Shown: positions 21,761 through 32,076 of the stretch, piece after piece
How positions within the stretch are numbered: position 1 is the stretch's first letter
Layout: each line of letters starts with the position of its first letter
NCBI GenBank assembly: GCA_963805085.1
Contig: CAWDTA010000002.1
Coordinates: 1,536,001-1,600,000, forward strand
Length of the DNA stretch: 64,000 nt
Direction: 5' to 3'
Source of the DNA: an uncultured Veillonellaceae bacterium
GTDB lineage: Bacteria > Bacillota > Negativicutes > JARBTT01
Notes under the pieces: generated by a model
Told to the model about the DNA's origin: nothing
The model's database searches: none
Seen by the model: only the letters and a program-made list of their open reading frames with translations
Translations under genes and position numbers: made by a program

Positions 21761-22924
21761 ATGAAAGATCAAGTATTGTATCAAGCCTGCGAAAACATGC
21801 AACAGGAATTTATCGTTCTATGGGAAAGACTTGTAAACATTGATACAGGAACAGGTTATGGCGAAGGACTTAATCAAGTGGCCGCTATCGTTGCAGAACA
21901 GCTTACGCAGCTTGGTGCGTCTATACAGGCCATTCCGACGGAGAATCCTTTGGAAGGTTCTCATATTGTAGGAACTTTTACAGGGCAGGGGCAAGGCAAA
22001 ATTTTGGCTATGGCGCACATGGATACTGTATTTCCTGTGGGAACAGCCGCGATACGTCCTTTTACCATCAAGGATAACTGGGTATACGGCCCTGGCGTTT
22101 CAGACTGTAAGGGAAGTATTGTGCTTTTTCTCTTTGCTATGAAAGTATTAAAAGTGCTGCAATATAAAGATTATGGGAAAATCACCTGCTTGTTTAATTG
22201 TGATGAGGAAACAACTTCGCCCCATTCGCGTCATTTGATTACAAAACTGGCTCAGGAGCATGGGTATACGTTGTGTATGGAATCCGGCCAGGTAGGTGAC
22301 GGTGTGGTCATGTGGCGTAAAGGCTCAGCGCAAATGCAGGTAGAGGTTTTCGGCAAAGCTTCGCATGCCGGCAGTAATCCGGAAAACGGACGTAATGCCA
22401 TAATGGAAATTATTCATCAAATACAGCAGATAAGTGCTTTAGAGAATTTGGAGAAACTGACCACCCTTAACTTCACAACAATTAAGAGCGGCGACAGGGT
22501 AAATGTCATTCCGGATTATGCCGTGGCGCAAGCCGATATACGGGTGTTATATCCTGACGAATTGGATCGCATTGAGAATATGGCCTTAAAGTTGGCACAA
22601 CAGACACTTATTCCTGATACTACTGTGAAGGTAAACCTCAAACGAGGAAATCCACCTTTTGCTAAAAATCAGGGAACTGATAATCTTGTACAATTGGCGC
22701 AGGAAATCTACGGCGAGCTGGGCAAAGAGCTGATCGCTGTTGGTGCAGGAGGCGCTTCCGATGCAAATTGGGCCGCCTCAGTTAGCGGAGCTGCGATTGA
22801 CGGTCTGGGGCCGGTTAAAGGTGGAAAAAATCATACCGAACATGAATGTACGAAACTGGACAGTGTTGTTCCAAGGATGTATTTGCTGGCAAAAATGCTG
22901 ATGCGTTTGGGAGCAGGCCAGTAA
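21761..22924 (+). CDS. M20 glutamate carboxypeptidase (CPG2-like)
   Basis: LVNIDTGT, AHMDTV, GPGVSD.KG, DEE, GGASDA, DGLGP.G...HT..E. Confidence 0.85.
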   Translation: MKDQVLYQACENMQQEFIVLWERLVNIDTGTGYGEGLNQVAAIVAEQLTQLGASIQAIPTENPLEGSHIVGTFTGQGQGKILAMAHMDTVFPVGTAAIRPFTIKDNWVYGPGVSDCKGSIVLFLFAMKVLKVLQYKDYGKITCLFNCDEETTSPHSRHLITKLAQEHGYTLCMESGQVGDGVVMWRKGSAQMQVEVFGKASHAGSNPENGRNAIMEIIHQIQQISALENLEKLTTLNFTTIKSGDRVNVIPDYAVAQADIRVLYPDELDRIENMALKLAQQTLIPDTTVKVNLKRGNPPFAKNQGTDNLVQLAQEIYGELGKELIAVGAGGASDANWAASVSGAAIDGLGPVKGGKNHTEHECTKLDSVVPRMYLLAKMLMRLGAGQ

Positions 22925-23029
22925 AATGAATTTGCTGCGGTGAGCTACAAGGAACAGAAATGCTTATTGCTTTGCGACAGGAGCGTGGATGGAATCTGGG
23001 TTTCCGGACGAAACTAGCGGATCATTCTC

Positions 23030-23153
23030 AGAGTGTTATTTTTCACATCAATAATTTTATAGAAAATAGAGTTAAGAAATATAATACAATTATTTCCTTA
23101 TAAGAGGGTATAAATGTAACTCCTACTGAATTTTGTGGGAGTTACATTTTTTT
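23030..23153. repeat. Diverged direct repeat, copy 2
   Basis: Matches 16417-16545. Confidence 0.8.
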
Positions 23154-23277
23154 CGTAATTCAGTATTAATGTGAATGTATAGCAGGGATTGCTGGGCTAG
23201 AAGAAGAAAATATCCATAGCTTACTTTTAGGTGAGTTATGGATATTTTTACAATTAAAAATGATATATGAGGTTTTT

Positions 23278-24675
23278 ATGTTTATATTAGATTCGAAAAA
23301 TAAAACGCCACTCTATCGTCAATTATATCAACAATTGCGCGTGAAAATTTTGAATGGTGAAATCCCTCCGCAAGCAAGACTTGCTTCAAGCCGCAAGCTT
23401 TCTGCAGACCTTAAAGTAAGCAGAAACACGGTAGATACGGCGTATCAACAGCTTTTAGCAGAAGGATACATTGTCGGTAAATCAAGAAGCGGCTACTATG
23501 TCGAAACAATCAACAATGTGAATGTTCCTTTTGTGCCAGAGATAGCAGAGTCAGAAACGCTTCTAGAAGCATCTGATGAAAAAATAAAATATGATTTTAC
23601 CTATGGCAATCTTCCGCCGGATACCTTTCCTTTTTCTAAATGGCAGAGCTTAACGAATGAGTGCTTTCGAAACTATAAAAATCAATTGTTGAAGTATAGT
23701 TCACTTATGGGAGAGCTTGGACTGCGCAAAGAAATTGTAAAATACTTGCGTGTTTACCGTGATGTCAAATGCAGTGTTGATCAGATTCTAATTACTTCGG
23801 GGACAGTAGAGGGGCTTACGCTTGCTTGTCAACTCCTGCGTTCGGATACTACTGCCATAGCGATGGAGGACCCAGGTTTTCGAGCAGCTTATTTAGCTTT
23901 TAGAAATCAAGGCTTTCGCGTTGATCCTATTCCTTTAAATCATCACGGGATCAATGTAAAAGTCTTGCATACTTCCACTGCTAAAGTCGTATATGTAACG
24001 CCTTCTCACCAGTTTCCTACTGGAACTATCATGTCGATAACGAGAAGGCTTCGTCTGATTGAATGGGCTTATGAGCGAAATGCCTATATTATTGAAGACG
24101 ATTATAGCAGTCATCTGCGCTATGATGTCAAACCGATTTCCTCACTACAAGGGCTAGCTCCAGAGAAGGTAATCTATATTGGGAGTTTTTCAAAAATGTT
24201 ATTACCTTCTTTACGGATAGCCTATATGGTATTACCAAAAAATTTAATGCAAAAATTACAGGATCAATCAGACTTCATTGCTTGCTCAGTACCATTTCTC
24301 ATTCAAAAACCTTTAGCGCTTTTCATGCAAGAAGGGTATTTTGAGAGTCACTTACGAAAAATGATAAAGCATTTTAAGAAAAAACATACTGCTCTTGTCT
24401 GCGCTCTTCAAGAAAATTTTGGTGATGAAATTTCTATCTCCGGGAAAAATGCAGGAATTCATCTTTTACTGGAAATCAAGTGTAGTGCTTCAGCACAAAA
24501 GCTAATAGAACAAGCTGCCAAAGCAGGTATAGCTATTTCTACGAGCGGTAAATCATGGATTCATTTTGCACCGCATTCTTATCCTTGTATCCTATTAGGG
24601 TTCAGTGCAATAGCGCTTGATGATATTTTGCCAGCGGTTAGACTTTTACGAAAAATCTGGTCTGAGGATAAATAG
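23278..24675 (+). CDS. MocR/GabR PLP-dependent GntR regulator
   Basis: PLYRQLY, VSRNTV..AY.QL.AEGY, TPSHQFPTG, EDDY, SFSK. Confidence 0.95.
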   Translation: MFILDSKNKTPLYRQLYQQLRVKILNGEIPPQARLASSRKLSADLKVSRNTVDTAYQQLLAEGYIVGKSRSGYYVETINNVNVPFVPEIAESETLLEASDEKIKYDFTYGNLPPDTFPFSKWQSLTNECFRNYKNQLLKYSSLMGELGLRKEIVKYLRVYRDVKCSVDQILITSGTVEGLTLACQLLRSDTTAIAMEDPGFRAAYLAFRNQGFRVDPIPLNHHGINVKVLHTSTAKVVYVTPSHQFPTGTIMSITRRLRLIEWAYERNAYIIEDDYSSHLRYDVKPISSLQGLAPEKVIYIGSFSKMLLPSLRIAYMVLPKNLMQKLQDQSDFIACSVPFLIQKPLALFMQEGYFESHLRKMIKHFKKKHTALVCALQENFGDEISISGKNAGIHLLLEIKCSASAQKLIEQAAKAGIAISTSGKSWIHFAPHSYPCILLGFSAIALDDILPAVRLLRKIWSEDK

Positions 24676-24689
24676 TTTATCTACAAGGA

Positions 24690-24736
24690 AAATCCCCCTC
24701 TCTTTCAAAATAGAAGAATGAAAGAGAGGGGGATTT
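24690..24736. terminator. Bidirectional terminator
   Basis: AAATCCCCCTCTCTTTCA...TGAAAGAGAGGGGGATTT between convergent genes. Confidence 0.75.
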
Positions 24737-24765
24737 GTCTATTTAACACTTTAATGTAGTATGTT

Positions 24766-25383
24766 TTACTTCATTTGATTTTGCATGGTTTTCCAAGCAT
24801 CACCGTACTCTAAAATTTTACACGATTTAAGATAAGCTTCTTTTCCGAGTGTTTTGTTAATAATATGTAATGCCGCATCAATCCCGGCAGATATCCCCCC
24901 AGCGGTTACAATATTGCCGTTGTCGACGAAGCGATCCTTTTTTTTCAAGCGAATCGTTGGGTCGATTTCAAGTAGAGCATCATAGAACATATGATGAGTG
25001 GTTGCTGGTAAATCTTTGAGTAAACCTGCTTTTGCCAGAAGTAATGCGCCATTGCAAACAGAGAAGACGATCTCTGCTTTTTGACTCTGCTCCTGTATCC
25101 ATTGAATAATCGTAGCATTACCTAAAATTGCTGGCGTACCTCCGCCAGGAATGATGACGATATCTGCCTGAGGACAATCGGTAAAATCATAGTTTGCTTT
25201 TACTGTCAGGTCAAAAGTGTTTACATCTCCTTTTTTCTCGCCGACTGTAAAAATCTCATACAGAGCAGGATCTGCACCGTAATTTAGAACAGAAAAAGCT
25301 TCATAGGGTCCGACAAAATCCATCGGGCACGCATTTTCAAACAGCAATATTCCTATTCTTTTCGTTAAGCTGACATTGTTCAT
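24766..25383 (-). CDS. DJ-1/PfpI family protein
   Basis: DFVGP.E, IPGG, SVCNGA, TAGGISAGID. Confidence 0.9.
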   Translation of the reverse strand: MNNVSLTKRIGILLFENACPMDFVGPYEAFSVLNYGADPALYEIFTVGEKKGDVNTFDLTVKANYDFTDCPQADIVIIPGGGTPAILGNATIIQWIQEQSQKAEIVFSVCNGALLLAKAGLLKDLPATTHHMFYDALLEIDPTIRLKKKDRFVDNGNIVTAGGISAGIDAALHIINKTLGKEAYLKSCKILEYGDAWKTMQNQMK

Positions 25384-25498
25384 TTCTTATTCCTCCATTA
25401 ACTAACAATTATTATGTGTATAGCATAGTTTTATTACATCATAAGAATTGCCACTGAAAAAGAGCCAATTTTGAATAAGTAATAGGTGCCAGATTATT

Positions 25499-26080
25499 TT
25501 ACAGACTATCAATATCTACAGCATATTCAATTTTTCCCGCCACTTCTTTTGCCAATGCACTGCCGAAGAGAATTTTAAGGAGATAGAAACCTAGCTCTAA
25601 ACCGGAGGTGACACCCGCGGCGGTAATGATATTCCCATCTTGGACAACTTTTGTTTGCCTGATTGCAGTTGCATGATAAGTTTCCAGTTCTTCTAGTGCT
25701 GTGTGATATGTAGTGGCTTTTTTTCCTTCGAGTAAACCAGCGGTGGCTAAGATGAAGGCACCGGTGCAAACGGAAGTCATATATTTTGTATGCTTGGATT
25801 GATTTAGCACGAATTTTCGGATCTTCGGATTTTGTATAGCCTCGAAACGTCCTTTGCCACCTGGTACAACTAAAATATCTAAAGCGGGGCAAGTCGCAAA
25901 GGAATACTCAGGGATAATCTTCATCCCATTAAATGCTTGGATGACATCCAAGTTCTCGCCCACAAGGGAAACTTGGATGCTATTAGACTGAATTTTATTG
26001 ATATAGCTTAATACTTCAAAAGGCCCTACAAAGTCCATTTCTTCAACTTGAGGAAAAATAAGAACGCCTATTTTAACCAT
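25499..26080 (-). CDS. DJ-1/PfpI family protein (isonitrile hydratase-like), copy A
   Basis: EMDFVGPFEV, SVCTGA, TAAGVTSG; near-identical to 39394-39975. Confidence 0.9.
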   Translation of the reverse strand: MVKIGVLIFPQVEEMDFVGPFEVLSYINKIQSNSIQVSLVGENLDVIQAFNGMKIIPEYSFATCPALDILVVPGGKGRFEAIQNPKIRKFVLNQSKHTKYMTSVCTGAFILATAGLLEGKKATTYHTALEELETYHATAIRQTKVVQDGNIITAAGVTSGLELGFYLLKILFGSALAKEVAGKIEYAVDIDSL

Positions 26081-26259
26081 GATATTCTCCTTTTTGATGA
26101 TTATTTATTTTAGTACTGCAATTATATAACTATTCACTTATATACGAATCGGTAATTTTTTTGCATAGCTGCACAAAGCAATTCAGTCTTTTTTAGCGTA
26201 TAAACTAAAAAGAGTAATGAATATACTTGGAATTCAGGAGTTAGTAAGACGATTACAGG

Positions 26260-26304
26260 AAAAACAGCAGGCAGTACTGCATAAAGGTACTGTCTGCTGT
26301 TTTG
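26260..26304. terminator. Strong hairpin upstream of the biosynthetic cluster
   Basis: AAAAACAGCAGGCAGTAC...GTACTGTCTGCTGTTTTT. Confidence 0.6.
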
Positions 26305-26505
26305 ATAAAGCTCTTTCTAACAAATTAAGGCTTTTGGAGGAGGCAAAACGAGCAATCAGCTTCCGATTCGATAAAAGGTAGGTGAATTTCACACAGTCTA
26401 CCGTCCACTTGTCGCTAATTCTCCTGAATTTTTATTACATAAAACCCCATTAATGAGTATTTGTGGTATGATTATAATCAATCAGTATAAGAAGGGGGAA
26501 TTAAT

Positions 26506-27948
26506 TTGATTGTGGAGCGAGTTTTTGATTTTGCCAGTAAATATGGTGATAAGGAAATTCTTGAGACTAGGCATGGGATTTGGACTTATAAGCAACTAGT
26601 ACATGATATAAAGAAAGTTGCGAGCTACATTGATACCTGTACTTTGAAAAATTATGAACCTATCGGTTTGGCCTTTCCCAACAGCTGGGAGCATGTTACC
26701 TCACTCTTGGCGGCAGAGTTTTCCAATCATCCTGCAGTACTGCTAGGAGCGGCTCTTAAACCAAGAGAAATAAGTTATCACGTAAAAAACTCAGGTATAA
26801 AAAAGGTTATGGCTGCTTCAAAATTATCAGAGTTTATGCAGGAGGCTGGAGGAAAAAAACAAGATAGTTCTTTTGGATCGATTGATTGCTGGTCCTTTGA
26901 AAATAATGAAAGAAGTGAGAAATTTATACCGGAAGATTTTATATGTCAGCTGACTAGCGGAACGGGAGGTATGTCTAAGGAAGCTATCCGGACAGGTAAA
27001 GCGGTGATGAGCGAAATTAACGATACAATCGAAGATTTGAGACTTACTGACGATGATACGGTTTTAACGATTCCCCCAATGCATCACTCTTATGGTTTAA
27101 TAGGAGGAACGCTTGCTCCTCTATGTTGTGGAGCAAAACTAATTCTTTTAGATGGCTTTTTTCCTGCGGAAGTGAAAAAGTATGTTGAAGATAAAAAGGT
27201 ATCTATTTTATTCGCAGTACCCTTCATGTATCACTTGCTTAATGAGACAGCTGCACATTCAGTTGCGGATTTTTCCACCTTAAGATTTTGTCTTTCGGCG
27301 GGAGCTCCTATGCAGAAAGACATTGCCATAGCTTTTCAAAAATATTTTGGAAAGCTAATCTCTCAGGATTATGGTTCTACTGAGACGGGATTAATGTGTC
27401 TGAATCTTAACGCCCAAACGGAAGAGATATCTGTTGGAAGGCCTATAGGAAAAAGAGTTATGAGAGCATTTGACGAAAATGGTCAGCTGTTACGTTTTGG
27501 TAAAGTCGGTGAGCTCAGAACAAAGAGTGATGCTGATGCCAGAGCGTATTTATACCCGAATGAATTGAACAAAACAGCATATAAGGATGGTTGGTTCTGT
27601 ATTGGAGATATTGGGAGTGTGGATGAAAAGGGTAATGTTTATGTAACGGGAAGAAAAAGTAATATGATAAATGTTGCAGGTTCAAAGGTTGATCCGGTAG
27701 AGGTAGAAAAAGTTATTGCTAATCATGTTGGAGTAAAGGAAGTAGTAGTGATAGGGGTTGATTCAGGAGCCAGTGGACAGGTAGTTAAGGCGGTTATCGT
27801 ATGCGATAGAGTCAAAATTACTACGAAACAGATTGTGGAAGTTTGTCAAAAAAACTTATCTAGCTTTAAAGTACCGCGGATTATTGAATTTGTGGATCAA
27901 CTACCTAGAAGTCAAACCGGCAAAGTATTAAGGAAATTTTTAGTATAA
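26506..27948 (+). CDS. Stand-alone adenylate-forming enzyme (acyl/aryl-ACP or CoA ligase)
   Basis: TSGTGG.SK P-loop variant, YGSTETG, GD.G, GRK..MI...G.KV, LPRSQTGKV. Confidence 0.9.
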   Translation: MIVERVFDFASKYGDKEILETRHGIWTYKQLVHDIKKVASYIDTCTLKNYEPIGLAFPNSWEHVTSLLAAEFSNHPAVLLGAALKPREISYHVKNSGIKKVMAASKLSEFMQEAGGKKQDSSFGSIDCWSFENNERSEKFIPEDFICQLTSGTGGMSKEAIRTGKAVMSEINDTIEDLRLTDDDTVLTIPPMHHSYGLIGGTLAPLCCGAKLILLDGFFPAEVKKYVEDKKVSILFAVPFMYHLLNETAAHSVADFSTLRFCLSAGAPMQKDIAIAFQKYFGKLISQDYGSTETGLMCLNLNAQTEEISVGRPIGKRVMRAFDENGQLLRFGKVGELRTKSDADARAYLYPNELNKTAYKDGWFCIGDIGSVDEKGNVYVTGRKSNMINVAGSKVDPVEVEKVIANHVGVKEVVVIGVDSGASGQVVKAVIVCDRVKITTKQIVEVCQKNLSSFKVPRIIEFVDQLPRSQTGKVLRKFLV

Positions 27949-27967
27949 GTCTAATAAGAGAGGTGAG

Positions 27968-29257
27968 GTGGTAAAAATGGATTTAAGAAGAGAAGATTTT
28001 ATAAGTCAATATCCTCCACTAAATTATATGAACAAGGACGAAGTAAAAGATTTATGGCGAAGGGATGTGTTTCATTTATATATACATATACCGTTTTGCA
28101 TTAAAAAATGTGGGTTTTGCTATTATAAATCGATAGCTAGCCCCAATGGGACGGTACCAGATGAATATGTAACAGCACTGAAGAAGGAGATCCAGGCTTA
28201 TGCTTCTATGCCAGAGATACAGAGCAGAGATGTTCGTTCCCTTTATATAGGAGGCGGGACTCCTACGTTACTAAGCGAAGAGCAGCTGGAATTTATTCTG
28301 TCATTGGTAATGAAAAGCTTCCATTTCACATCCGATTTTGAATTTTGCTGTGAAGCATATCCTGGACCTGAAACGACTCTTTCAAAGATTAATGTTTTAA
28401 AATCTTTTGGATTGCACCGTTTAAGCCTTGGTTGTCAGAGCTTAGATGAAGAAGTTCTCAAAGCCAATGGAAGTAATCATGAGACAAAAGAATTCTACAA
28501 AGTTTTTGAGCTTGCACGAAAAGCATCAGTAAGAACGATTAATGTCGATTTGATGTCGGGACTTGTGGATCAATCCATCGAGAGTTTCATGGATACGATT
28601 AATAAAATTGTTGTGCTAAGTCCGGAAAACATATCTATATACAAAATGGAGGTATATTTAAACAGTTCCATCTATAAAAGGTTAAGACAGGGTAGTATAA
28701 CACTTATTTCCGATGAAGAAGAAATTAAATATGTACGAAAAGGATATGCCAGACTGTTAGAAATGGGGTATAGTTTAGCCAACCATTTCAACTTTATGAT
28801 TTCTCAAGAGCATGATCATATTCAACGAAGAGGATTATGGGATGGCGAAGATATGCTGGGCGTTGGGGCATCTGCACATTCATGCATGAACTTATTTATG
28901 TTCCAAGACGAACCTCGTATTGAACATTACATTGAAATGTTAAATCGGGGAGAAATGCCCGTTGTGAGGGCTCATGAGATCAGTAAAAAAGAGGATATGG
29001 TTCAAAGGGCAGTATTGGGATTGAAAAATCTAAAAATTTGTCGAACCGAATTTTTAAAAGACTATGGAATGGATATAATGGATGTGTTCCCTAAACAGTT
29101 CAGAATGCTGGAAAGGGAAGGGTTTGTTAATATAAAGGATAACGCAATCGAATCTACATTTGAAGGGGCATTATTCGCAGATGATATTGCTCGCGAGCTT
29201 TACCTTCCTGAACATAAGAATATGATGTTAGGCCACGTGAAAAGGTCGATTTCTTAG
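27968..29257 (+). CDS. HemN-like radical SAM enzyme (class C methyltransferase-like)
   Basis: LYIHIPFCIKKCGFCYY, GGGTPT, RLSLGCQS, N.DLM.GL. Confidence 0.88.
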   Translation: MVKMDLRREDFISQYPPLNYMNKDEVKDLWRRDVFHLYIHIPFCIKKCGFCYYKSIASPNGTVPDEYVTALKKEIQAYASMPEIQSRDVRSLYIGGGTPTLLSEEQLEFILSLVMKSFHFTSDFEFCCEAYPGPETTLSKINVLKSFGLHRLSLGCQSLDEEVLKANGSNHETKEFYKVFELARKASVRTINVDLMSGLVDQSIESFMDTINKIVVLSPENISIYKMEVYLNSSIYKRLRQGSITLISDEEEIKYVRKGYARLLEMGYSLANHFNFMISQEHDHIQRRGLWDGEDMLGVGASAHSCMNLFMFQDEPRIEHYIEMLNRGEMPVVRAHEISKKEDMVQRAVLGLKNLKICRTEFLKDYGMDIMDVFPKQFRMLEREGFVNIKDNAIESTFEGALFADDIARELYLPEHKNMMLGHVKRSIS

Positions 29258-29567
29258 TATCTTGAAGGCTTGTATTAGTTTTATAGTACTTAATACTTTT
29301 TTAACCATATTGAAATATTTCATTATTATGGAGGATTTTAATATAATCTTGTTCTTTTAATAAATACAGATTGTTTCATGGTAGTAAAATGAAAGCAATT
29401 TAATATCTGGGGTATAGGCAGATTTTTAAATATTTTGTACGCTAAAATAATTCAGTTTACTGGAAGCCGTGTATCAGTTTTGGGCAGTTCTATTACTCAG
29501 AATACAAAAATAAGCGTTCGATTTTCGCTAAAATCTGTTCGTACCCCTATCTTAAGGAGGAATTTTG

Positions 29568-29846
29568 ATGGAAAGAGAAATTATATCATTGCGTATAAAA
29601 AAAGTACTGAAAGGAAGCCAGTTTTTGGCTTTAAAAGAAATGATCGATTCTATAACCGATGAGATGTCTCTTGTAGCCGATCTTTCACTTGATTCCATTC
29701 AGATTCTTGAACTTATAGTTGGACTAGAGAAAGAATTTGGATTTTCTTGTATGCCGGATGAACTGAATCTAGAGCTGTTTAATAGGTTTGGGGACGTTGT
29801 TGATTTTGTTGAAAATAAAGTTAACAAAATGAAGTGCTGCAATTAA
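29568..29846 (+). CDS. Acyl/aryl carrier protein
   Basis: L..DL.LDSIQILEL...LEKEFG phosphopantetheinyl-Ser motif; AAGGAGG RBS. Confidence 0.9.
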   Translation: MEREIISLRIKKVLKGSQFLALKEMIDSITDEMSLVADLSLDSIQILELIVGLEKEFGFSCMPDELNLELFNRFGDVVDFVENKVNKMKCCN

Positions 29847-30045
29847 TGCGAGCTTGACATTCAATCAATCTACTGATACCGCTTGAGGTTAAAAAGTCTC
29901 AAATGCATTCCGCCAAATGTGGTAAACTTGTACCAATTTATAGGCTGGAGTTTGCTATTGTCTTGCGTCAACAATGTCGACGTAAACGGCTTAAGTGCGA
30001 AGGCGTGTATTGGTAAATAATAAGTATAGGGGGTGAAAAATTATA

Positions 30046-31431
30046 ATGAATAGAGTCTATCTTGAAGAAATAAATACGGATCTTGATGCGTTTGAAATAT
30101 ACAAAATTTTTTATGAAGATCGATATAGTATTTTTCTTGATAGCGGTATGGATCGCGAGCGATTAGGAAAATATTCGTTTATAAGTGCTAATCCCTTTTT
30201 GGAAATTGAATCAAAAAATGATCAGATAATCATTCGGGAAAATGGAAGGGAGATGCTTTATCAGGGGAATCCGTTTATTCATTTAAAAGAAAATCTCAGT
30301 AAGTACCATATAAAAAACGATACTAATTTACCCTTCGTAGGAGGAGCTGTCGGATTTCTGTCGTATGATTTATGCCATCATCTTGAAAAACTCCCGCTGA
30401 CTGTGGAGGATGATTTAAATTTACCCGATTTTATAATTGGCTTTTATGATGGAATAGTTATTTTTGATCACAATAATAATAAAGTTTATGTCGCGTCGGC
30501 CGGATTCCCAGAAGAAAAAGCAGCCCAAAATAAGATCAATGAAATAAAGCGAAGAATTGAAAAAAATAAAAAAATTGATTTGCAACATTTAGATTTTAAA
30601 TACTCTCATAATAAGCCTAGGCTTATCTCAAATTTTACGCAAAAAGAATATTATCGGGCAATTGAAAAAGTGCGTAAGTATATCCTGCAAGGGGATATAT
30701 ATCAAATGAATATGACCCAGAGATTTTCCACCCTAATTAATAAACATCCGTTGAACATATATGATCGTCTTAGAACCATAAATCCAGCCCCCTTCGCTTC
30801 CTATTTAAATTACGGAGACATGCAGGTGATAAGTAGCTCTCCAGAAAGATTTCTGCAATTACGGGATGGTACTATTGAAACACGGCCTATCAAGGGAACC
30901 TTGCCGAGAGGTAAAAACTCTAAACAAGATGAGCGGAATAAAAGGAAACTTTTAAAAAGCAAAAAAGACCGGGCTGAAAATCTTATGATTGTTGATTTAT
31001 TACGTAATGATATTGGAAGGGTATGTAAGTTTGGAAGTATCCGGGTACCAGAATTGTTTTGCCTAGAAACATATCCTACGGTGTTTCATTTAGTATCTAC
31101 GGTAACAGGAAAATTGCGGGAGGATCAGGATGCTGTGGACTGTATAATGGCGACTTTTCCTGGAGGTTCGATAACGGGGGCTCCCAAAATAAGATCGATG
31201 GAGATTATTGATGAATTGGAACCTACTTGCAGACATGTTTATACTGGCTCCATCGGTTATATTGGATTTGATGGAAATATGGACTTGAATATCGTTATTC
31301 GAACTATACTCATAAAAAATGATCAGGCATATTATCAGGTTGGCGGGGCAATTGTATGGGATTCAGTTCCGGAAAAGGAATACCAGGAAACACTAGATAA
31401 AGGTTTAGCGTTGAGAAAGGCGTTACTATAA
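30046..31431 (+). CDS. pabB: Aminodeoxychorismate synthase component I
   Basis: TRPIKGT (PabB-type Lys), AENLMIVDLLRND, FPGGSITGAPK. Confidence 0.93.
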   Translation: MNRVYLEEINTDLDAFEIYKIFYEDRYSIFLDSGMDRERLGKYSFISANPFLEIESKNDQIIIRENGREMLYQGNPFIHLKENLSKYHIKNDTNLPFVGGAVGFLSYDLCHHLEKLPLTVEDDLNLPDFIIGFYDGIVIFDHNNNKVYVASAGFPEEKAAQNKINEIKRRIEKNKKIDLQHLDFKYSHNKPRLISNFTQKEYYRAIEKVRKYILQGDIYQMNMTQRFSTLINKHPLNIYDRLRTINPAPFASYLNYGDMQVISSSPERFLQLRDGTIETRPIKGTLPRGKNSKQDERNKRKLLKSKKDRAENLMIVDLLRNDIGRVCKFGSIRVPELFCLETYPTVFHLVSTVTGKLREDQDAVDCIMATFPGGSITGAPKIRSMEIIDELEPTCRHVYTGSIGYIGFDGNMDLNIVIRTILIKNDQAYYQVGGAIVWDSVPEKEYQETLDKGLALRKALL

Positions 31432-31472
31432 TGTTGTACTAGCGATATTAGGTCATGAAGGGAGCGACCATT

Positions 31473-32066
31473 ATGCTTTTAATGATTGATAACTATGATT
31501 CATTTACCTACAATTTATATCAATATATTGGGGAGCTGTACCCGAATATTATTGTAAGGCGAAACAATCAAATTAGGGTGAATGAGATAAAAGCAATTCA
31601 TCCAGATTATATTGTTATTTCGCCTGGACCGGGACATCCTGAGGATGCGGGCATTTCTATTGATGTAATTAAACATTTTAGTGGTATAATTCCAATCCTT
31701 GGAGTATGTCTTGGGCACCAGGCTATTGGTTTGGCAATGGGGGGCAAGATTGGGCTAGCCAAACAAGTAGTGCATGGAAAACAGTCAATTATCCGTCACA
31801 GTGGCGGAAGTTTATATCGAAATATACCTTCCAGTTTTAAGGCAGTCAGGTATCATTCTTTGTGTGTAAAAAAGGAAGGATTTCCTGAATGTCTCGAGAT
31901 CGAAGCCTGTGCCGCTGACGGCACTATTATGGCTTTGCGACATAAGCAGCATCTAACCTACGGTGTCCAGTATCATCCGGAATCAATTTTAACTGAATAC
32001 GGCAAAGTTTTACTAAGAAATTTTCTTGAAGTTAAATGCAATCACTTATCGATAGGAATTTCTTAA
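31473..32066 (+). CDS. pabA: Aminodeoxychorismate synthase glutamine amidotransferase
   Basis: IDNYDSFT, SPGPG.P, GVCLGHQ, HPES. Confidence 0.92.
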   Translation: MLLMIDNYDSFTYNLYQYIGELYPNIIVRRNNQIRVNEIKAIHPDYIVISPGPGHPEDAGISIDVIKHFSGIIPILGVCLGHQAIGLAMGGKIGLAKQVVHGKQSIIRHSGGSLYRNIPSSFKAVRYHSLCVKKEGFPECLEIEACAADGTIMALRHKQHLTYGVQYHPESILTEYGKVLLRNFLEVKCNHLSIGIS

Positions 32067-32076
32067 GGAGGAGAGT

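Noticed and set aside
30046-32066. Anthranilate synthase trpEG
   Set aside because: The PIKGT motif and the adjacent class IV lyase indicate pabBA; no other trp genes are present.
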